This document shows positions 55,736 to 64,000 of a DNA stretch of 64,000 bases, in pieces (within the stretch, counting starts at the first letter, position 1; each line of letters begins with the position of its first letter). Origin of the DNA: Octopus vulgaris (taxonomy: Eukaryota); the NCBI GenBank assembly GCA_951406725.2, contig OX597821.1:96410001-96474000 (forward strand), read 5' to 3'. The notes beneath the pieces are model-generated. The model did not search any database, was not told the origin of the DNA, and worked only from the letters and a program-made list of their open reading frames with translations. Both the position numbers and the translations under genes were made by a program.

Positions 55736-56489
55736 AAATGTTTAGCGAGAGTAACCTCCTCCTTTAGACTAAAATAGTTCCTATAGACAAACAAAAGAAA
55801 TGTGTTTATTTGTGTAATGTGAAAGAAAGAACAAAAAGGGTAAAATTGACGAGCGTACTGTGCCTTCTTTCGTTCAAGTTAACGAATGCAAAATTGAGAG
55901 AGAAAGAAGTGTGATTTATTGATGTAGGCGGCAGAGAAGCTGTATTGTTGATGATACAATGTCGCGGAGTAATGTGTTGGCCGTTTGTTCAAGATAACGC
56001 GTATACCGCGGAGAGAGAAAGAGGAGTAACTGGTTGCTGCAAGCAGCAGAAACATTGTGTAAATACATAAGGTTGGTATACCGTACTGATCATAATAGCC
56101 TCTAGCAGGAGAAAATCTGTTTTCAAAGAGGTTTTATAGCTGATACTTGAAGAGATATAACGAGCGGATTGCAAGCATGTCAAGTGTGGAGGTGTAGGCT
56201 GGATAATCCTCGACTTGCATACTAAAAGGCACCATATGGATTAACAACAAGACGCCAACTCAGCAAAGAAGCGTCCATGCATTACCTCAAGCTGCTAGAA
56301 ATAACAATCAAATCATCAACTCGCACATTACAGTCTTTTAAAAAGGACATATTAGATAATGTAGTCCTACATACTGTCTCTGAAGAAAAGACTAATGGTC
56401 GAAACTAGAGAGAACCTTACACTACAGGGCTGCTTAATTAGGGCTCATCTGAGACTAAACAACAAAAACACTAACAACAGCAGCAGCTG

Positions 56490-56680
56490 AAAATCTTAGA
56501 AATACCCTACGATCTAAATGTATAGCAAAAGTCGGCATTTGTTAGAACTGCACGCATATTGCGTAGAATTCTGTCTGTCTGATGTCATTGTTATGAATTG
56601 ACAAACAGTACAAACCCCCGGTAGACACAATATCTTCAATCAACAACCTCATGATATTGTATACTGTGCGACCTCTATCA
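56490..56680 (+). mobile_element. Extreme 3' fragment of a second R4/Dong-like LINE
   Basis: Translation KSAFVRTARILRRILSV* parallels KTVAENTAHILRKHLSI* at 57639; followed by a short UTR and (TAA)n. Confidence 0.65.
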
Positions 56681-56689
56681 TAATAATAA

Positions 56690-56755
<66 letters not shown>

Positions 56756-56756
<1 letters not shown>

Positions 56757-57800
56757 CCTGAATTAGATGAAGAACCTGAAATTAATTGAATTAAATGAAG
56801 AAGCTGAAACCACTGATACCAAACAATCAAAACCGATCAAACAGACTGCAAAAAAAAAAAAAGAACGAGCAGAAACAAATTGAAGAACGATGGACCCAGA
56901 AGTCTCTGCATGGAGAGTATATACTTCGAACTCGAAATGCTGATGTAGACCATGCAACAGCCCATCAGTGGCTGAGAAGCACAAGACTGAAAGCAGAGAC
57001 TGAAGATTTCATATTGGCGGCACAAGATCAAAGCTTACTCACAACAAAACTACCAAGCTAACGTTCTTCAAAACGGTTCTTGACCCTAAATCCAGATACT
57101 GCGGTACGTTTGATGAAACAATAGGCCACCTCGTTTTGGGATATCCTGTGCTGACACCAAACGAAACAAAAGTTGCCACGATAGGATAGGGCAGTATTTA
57201 CATTGGAAAATATGTAAAAACTACAAAATCAGTAATCCTACCTACTGAGCCAGTCGTTGAAGGTAAAAATGTCACTATCCTCTGGGATTTTCCAGTCAAC
57301 ACCGACAAACGTCCCAGGCTAATCGACCAGACATAGTCATTAAAGACAAGGAAGAAGATACTTGTTGAATAACAGATGTAAGTGGTCCCACTGATAAAAT
57401 ATATGTCTGTAAAGGAATTTGCCAAATTAAATAAATATAAGGACCTGGAAATTGAAATACAAAAGATGTGGCACCTTAAAACGATAACTGTTCCTGTTAT
57501 TGTGGTTGCCCAAGGTATGATAAGAAATGGATATCAGAAACATCTAGATAATATCCCAGGAGAACCATGTCTCAGAGAAATCCAAAAGACTGTGGCGGAA
57601 AATACTGCCCACATCCTTAGAAAACACCTATCAATTTAAATGTCTGTGTTGTATTAAATGAAGATATTTAGCTACTGCTCCTGCCACTTCCCCTCCCAAA
57701 GCTTTCGGTCGTACTGTAACACGTCTTATCCTTCACTCGCCTTAGGGCGCTGGGTGTGTCTCCGCAAGTGATTGTAACAAACATGCAGATTAAAAGTAAA
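56756..57800 (+). mobile_element. 5'-truncated, frameshifted R4/Dong-clade non-LTR retrotransposon (zinc knuckle plus restriction-like endonuclease)
   Basis: Motifs WTQKSLHGEY, LKAETEDFILAAQDQSL, RYCGTFDETIGHL, HDRIGQYLHWKIC, ILWDF, NRPDIV and KYKDLEIEIQKMW...VPVIV; flanked by (TAA)n on both sides. Confidence 0.92.
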
Positions 57801-57846
57801 TAACAACAACAACAACAACAACAATAATAATAATAATAATAATAAT

Positions 57847-58012
57847 TCTTGCTACTATAGGCAAAAGGTCTGAAATTTTGTGGCAGAGATAAAATCTCGA
57901 AAGGATGGGAGCTAAAATCGACCTCGGTGATATGGGAACTCAGAAGATAAAGACAGAAGAAATACCGCAAAGCATTTTGTCCGGAATGGTAACGATTCTG
58001 TTTGCTCGCCAC
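57847..58012 (-). mobile_element. SINE family B, degraded
   Basis: tcgacctcgg...gaactcagaa...aaataccgc...gctcgccac. Confidence 0.78.
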
Positions 58013-59228
58013 TCTAATAAAGATAACAACTGCTTCTAAGATAGACAGACAGGAAGCTGAAAATTTAGGACCCTACTATTTAACTGGTAGATTATATTAT
58101 CGATCCCCATGAAGGTGGTCAACAAAACAACCTCGGCGTGGTTTGATATCAGAACGTATAGAGCTGGAAAAAATAGTGCGAGGCACTATCGAATCTACCA
58201 ACCTACATTTTACCTTACAAAGTTCATTTTGGACTATATTATTTTTGTTTATCCTTCTTGGCATCACTAAGAGGATGGGGTTTCTTTCTCTCTCTGAAAG
58301 AGACAAAAGGCCTGAAAAGGATAAAAGGCAATCTGGTCACGGCGGGATTTGAGTTCAGCACATAAAGAGTCAGAAGTGGTCACTAAGTATTTTGTCCGAT
58401 GCGCTAAAATTCTAGCAGCTCACTAGCTTGAACAGGATGAATATTAAAAACAAAATTACACAACGTCTCTGTCGTATCTCTGTCATATGATCGTTGTTTA
58501 TTTGTTTGTTTGTTAGTTTTTTACAGAAACCAACCTTTTTTTTTTTTGGAATACATTAAAAACAGAGATAGGATCTCTAATTAGGATAGAATAATCCAGA
58601 AATCGTAGAGATTGGAATCGGTGTATCAATACGAGAGCGAGCAACCAGTTTGGATTGCAATCAGAGACGTCGTATCCTGATATCAGCATGTCAGTGTGTT
58701 AACCTCAGAAGGATTAATGCCAAAGTTAGTTTTGAATTCTGAGTGGTGAGTACTAGTGAAGTTAAGCACTATAAATCCTGTTGTTCTTATTGTTGCAGTT
58801 GTTGTTGTTGTTGTTGTTGTTGCAGTCGTCGTCGTTGTTGTTGTTTTTGTCATGCGAAGTCAGCCCTGATCAAGCACAACTTTGATCAAAGGCTGTGCAG
58901 CCATATCTTTTTCGTCTATGTATGAAAGCATTATTTAGCATGCCTTTGTTTATTTGTTTAAAGATAGGTTCAGGACCAAGGGTTGCAGGGGTTTTAAGTT
59001 CACCCCCTAAAATTTGTGGGAGGAGTGGCGATCAAAGAAAACACTTTGAACACCTAGCAAGGGGACACTATTTCGTTTTCCAACCATCATATACTACCAT
59101 GTTTATTACAGGCTTAAAGTCAATATAAACATTTTTAAGTGAAATATTGAGTTTGCACTTCCTAAACAAATTTCGTTAACGTACTTATGTTTAAGACAGG
59201 GGAATTTGACTAAATGCTCCTCAAGTCA

Positions 59229-59274
<46 letters not shown>

Positions 59275-59275
59275 C

Positions 59276-59316
<41 letters not shown>

Positions 59317-59914
59317 GATCGCAACCGAATAGCCTTTCATCAGGCAACACCATTTCAGTATAATATTGTTATCTAATGCGGTGAACGCTCCTCTTAAAGC
59401 CGGGTTTTAAAATATATATATATATTCCTCTTGGTTGAATGGGAGTGATAGAAATATAATGATTATATAGGGTTTATAAGGTGGCAATCTGGCTGTATCC
59501 TTACCGCGTCGGACAAAATACATGCCAGCATTTCTTGCGAGTTTACGTTCTGGGTTCAATTTCTGCAGAGGTTAACTTTGGAAATTGATAACATAAGCAC
59601 CAGTGGAACACTGGAGCCGATGTAAAGGACTTAGCACCTCCCCCTTACATTGGTTGGCCTTCTGCAGATATTTAAACCCACCAGGTAGTGTTTTTGTGTG
59701 CTGTAGATATGTCTGGTCTTAGTGAAAGGGTTAGAGTTGTAATAGTATTCTAGTGTCTGTAGCTGTGTTTGAACTGAGGGAAAGAGAAAGTGTTGTCGTA
59801 GTGTTCTGGGGTGTTGTTAATGTGATTGAACTGAATGGGAGGGATAATGTCCATGTGATATTGTAGTATTATCATTGTATTCATACATTCATATTGTAGT
59901 ATTTTTATTTTTCA

Positions 59915-60625
59915 GGCAACGAGCTGGCATAACTCTTAGCGGTATTTCACCGGGCGAAATGCTTAGTGGTATTTCACCGGGCGAAATGCTTAGCGGTATT
60001 TCGTCTGCCGCTGCGTTTTGAGTTCAAATTACGCCGGTGTCGACTTTGCCTTTCATCCTTTCGGGGTCGATAAATTAAGTACCAGTTACGCACTGGGGTC
60101 GATATAATCGACTTAATCCGTTTGTCTGTCCTTGTTTGTCCCTCTCTGTGTTTAGCCTCTTGTGGGTAGTAAAGAAATAGGTATTTCGTCTGCCTATTTC
60201 GTCGAAATAGGTAAATCGGCGGCGAGTTGGCAGAAACGTTAGCACGCCGGGCGAAATGCTTAGCGGTATTTCGTCTGCGTTACGTTGTGAGTTCAAATTC
60301 CGCCGAGGTCGACTTTGCCTTTCATCCTTTCGGGGTCGATAAATTAAGTACCAATTACGCACTGGGGTCGATGTAATCGACTTAATACCTATGTCTGTCC
60401 TTGTTTGTCCCCTATGTGTTTAGCCCCTTGTGGGTAATAAAGAAATAGGTATTTCGTCTGCCGCTACGTTCTGAGTTCAAATTTCTCTGAGGACGACTTT
60501 GCCTTTTATCATTTCAGGGTCGATAAATTAAGTAGCATGGAAACACAAAGGTCTATGTAATCGGCTATACAACCCCTCCCCCCCCACCCCCCCAAAAAAT
60601 GCTTTTCTGGCAAAATTTGAAACCA
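59915..60625 (+). mobile_element. Tandem SINE family B units with small internal duplications
   Basis: Three core units at about 60015, 60283 and 60468; 27-bp duplication ttag(c/t)ggtatttcaccgggcgaaatgc. Confidence 0.9.
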
Positions 60626-60686
60626 ATTTCATTTTTAGTTACTGCAGATGCATCTCGACTGGGTGAAAGGGATAGTGTTCTAATAT

Positions 60687-60899
60687 TGGTTTCAAATTTT
60701 GACTCAAGGATAGTAATTTTGGAGAAGGGGGCTAATCGTTTACATCAGCCCAAGTGCTCGATTGGTACTTATTATTGACCCTGAAAGTATGAAATGCAAA
60801 GTCGACCTCGGCAGAATTTGAATTCAGAACGTAAAGACGGGCGAAATGCCGCTAAGCATTTTGCCCGGGGTGCTCACGATTCTGTCAGCTCGCGGCCTT
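60687..60899 (-). mobile_element. SINE family B, full length
   Basis: ttggtttcaaatttt...aaagtcgacctcggcagaatttgaattcagaacg...gctcgcggcctt. Confidence 0.88.
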
Positions 60900-62087
60900 A
60901 TGGTCCTATTATCTTACTGTTTCGTTAGTGTTCTGGAATGAATCAACGACGTAATCTTATTCATGTTCTACGCATAACATTCATATTCATATTCAACCTG
61001 CATGAAATAGCATTGAAATCCACCATTAACTTCTTTCCCCTATACTAAAAAAAAAATATATCGAATTTGGAGAAGCATAATACCGATATCTGATTTATTT
61101 TATTGGGCCAAATTCAATAACATCTTTTTCTCTTTTCATCCAAAGTTTATTAGGCTATTAATAAAGTAATTGTTTTGTATTTTGTCACTTTAAAACCTTC
61201 TTTGAAAAGTTATCTCATCGACTGATATCATATACAAAATATTTTTAATGTATATTTTGTCAACTTAAATACCATATATATTTGAATTTTGTTATATTTT
61301 TTTGCTTCTATATTTCGGACATTTTCAACTATAAATCATAAATTCACTTTACAGTTTTAATAATGGCTTCCACAGGCTGCATCTATAGATCACAAAAAAA
61401 TGTTGACATGTACGTGGGCGCAGAGATCTTATCATGTATACTTGAAAATTACATTAGATCAAGACAAACTTTCACCTCCACAAGATTTGTGGCACGTGTC
61501 TCGAAATATCTAGAACACACACACACACACACTTGAAAAAACTGTAAACATTAACTGAAAGAAAAACTCACTACAAATATAGAATCATACATTAATAATT
61601 CTAATAATCGACAATCATTTTCGAAGTGACCGTCGATTCACTGTTCTCTACTTGTACACTTTATGTATTCGTATTTTCCTTTGGTTGGGGGAAATAAGGT
61701 AGGAGGTTATATCAGTATTTCTGTGTGTTGCAGAACTACTCATTTTTAAGGATCGTGTAAAATGAAACAAATTATCAAAAGCGAATCTGGCAGCGAGCGA
61801 AGATCTTGACGGAAGGAGACTATGGACAGTGAATGACTTCGGGTGACATCATTAGAGTCGATAAGCAGAATGTCAGAAGAAACATGGGAGGAGAAATAAA
61901 TATTCAACGAATTACTCAGATAGCAAAGAACATGAGGAAGTAGTCAACAAGTGTCAAGGTTTACATTCAAATATTTCACGATATTCAACGATTTACTGAA
62001 AGAGATAAAAACGAAGCCAGAATAACTCATGAAGAGAATGAATGACCTTATATTAAAAAACAAAAAACAAAAATAAAACAAAAACTC

Positions 62088-62368
62088 AGGCAGGTATGGC
62101 TGAGTAATTAAGAAGCTCGGTTTACAATTAAGTAGTCTCGGGTTCAGTCTCACTGCTCGATACCTTGGGTATTTGTCTTCTACTAGAGCCCCAAGCAGAC
62201 CAATGCCTTGTGAAATTAGTAGACGAAAACTGTGCGGAAATCGGTCGTATATATATATATTTTATTTTATTTTATCTAGTTTCAGCTCACGAGCTGTGGC
62301 CATGCTGGGGCACCACCATTTAAACGCCATATATATATATATATATATATATATGTGTATGTATGTGT

Positions 62369-62433
<65 letters not shown>

Positions 62434-62622
62434 TATGTTTGTCGGTGTTGTTTCGTTTGCGTTGCGTCTCCGAAAAAATAGCGGGTCGGCAAAATACACC
62501 GACATGATAAATACCAGACATAAAAATCAAGTGCTGAATTTGACTTGTTCGAATAAAACCCTTCATGGCGGTGCTCCAGCATTGCTGCAGAGCAATGATT
62601 AAAATAAGTAATAGATAAAAGA
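62088..62622 (+). mobile_element. SINE family A, degraded, with an internal inverted tail fragment
   Basis: Head, core and ggcggtgctccagcat tail are present; an antisense ggccatgctggggcaccacc sits at about 62298. Confidence 0.8.
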
Positions 62623-64000
62623 TGAATTTCCAGCAACGGGCAATTAAGCTTCTCATCTTATCGCGCATATAGATGCTCTTCAAGAGAAAAATATAACACC
62701 TTCATGACATGTGATGCCACAAGGCTTGGCGGGAAATTATGATCAGTAACTGATCAAGAATATAGTAACTAAACACTATAAAAGAAAAAAATGATCCTTA
62801 TATGTCATGGATTGTTTACGAGAAAAAACTGGACAGCATTTTCAAATTGGGAATTGAAGAAATACTGGTCATGAAAAAGATAATAATAACAAGCATGTAC
62901 ATCAAACACGCCACAAGTGAAAGAAAAGTAATTTAAACTATCCAAACAATTGGGTGAGTTCTAAAAACGGAAAACTCAATACTTATTAGGAAAAAAATCC
63001 GGTGAGGGATGCTGCTCTGCGTATCTTTTTCTTTATCTCTAGATTGTTAGCTTTGCCTAGCATAATATAATAGACATGATGCAAATATAAACGCTTACTA
63101 GGAAGGAATATAATTGCCGTATCCGCTTGGTATATGAAACACAGCTAAATGCAAAAAATATGGTAATAGGTATCAGCATACAAGCTTTTACTGTAATAAG
63201 TTACAACCATAAAATTTCTCAACTAAATAGGGAAACAAGGAAAATAATGACATAATTTAGAGCGTACATCCAAAACGTCGATATATAAAAATGTATGTTT
63301 ATCATGAACATATGAGAGGGATTTCATCGCAAATGTAAATAGAAAATAATAAGATATCTGCTGTAGGACTACAAACGTATCAAGTACAAAATAAATGATG
63401 ATATAAATGGCTACACAACATGTATATAACAAAATAAATTTTTCTTATCTTCAAGGTGAGCAAAAAATGTGGGAGGAATTAAGAGGGAGCTGTTGGGTAT
63501 CATAAAAAAGGTAAAGGCGAAATTTGAAATAAGACTACCCATTTTTATATTACGTGTGCAAGAGAAACCATTGTGGAAAATGATATTGAGGATAGCGGTG
63601 TTGATAATGATGACGATGTTGAATACGACGACCAGTAGGATGATGATGGTGATGACGCTGACGGTGCTGATACTGACAATGCTATCAATGATTATGGTGA
63701 TGTTTCAATGTATGTATCGATAATACTTAGAGACGTCAGACATTGAGAACAGCTGCACTAAAACCTCATTAGTTGCAGACATGAACATATGGAAGGAAAT
63801 TGATGGATGTAAATAATGAATGGAAAACAGTTGCGAGAGGGAATGTGAACTCATTTATATGTGTGACTATGCATATAAGAGAGAGAGAGAATTTTTAAGA
63901 GTGCCTTATAAGTAGAGAATGTAGCCATTCCGAGACACCGCGTTGAAGGCATTTTTCAGCATGAAAATTGGAAACAGGGTACATCAACACTAAGATTGTA

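Noticed and set aside
56372-56416. ctgaaga...gac/gtc...gaaactag motif
   Set aside because: No cleavage triplet after stem III; cannot be distinguished from chance.

Overview
Repeat-saturated, AT-rich eukaryotic DNA with no recognisable host protein-coding exon, rRNA, genuine tRNA or CRISPR array. Nearly all ORF-track entries are translations of microsatellites. The repeat content (tRNA-headed SINEs with CORE- and Meta-like domains, very dense TA/CA/TAA tracts) resembles an octopus/cephalopod intronic or intergenic region; this is an inference. It contains two high-copy SINE families plus three rarer SINE copies, a 3' fragment of an R4/Dong-type LINE sitting in (TAA)n, decayed CR1/Jockey-like pieces, a non-autonomous Helitron, two Tc1/mariner-type MITEs and a probable solo LTR. 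The most notable signal is a set of mutually dissimilar short islands inside (TA)n tracts. They carry minimal type I hammerhead ribozyme motifs (five near-canonical, three or four decayed), and several form long foldback hairpins. One is a near-perfect 341-bp palindrome that encodes a hammerhead on each strand. These look like Penelope-derived, retrozyme-like non-coding elements.
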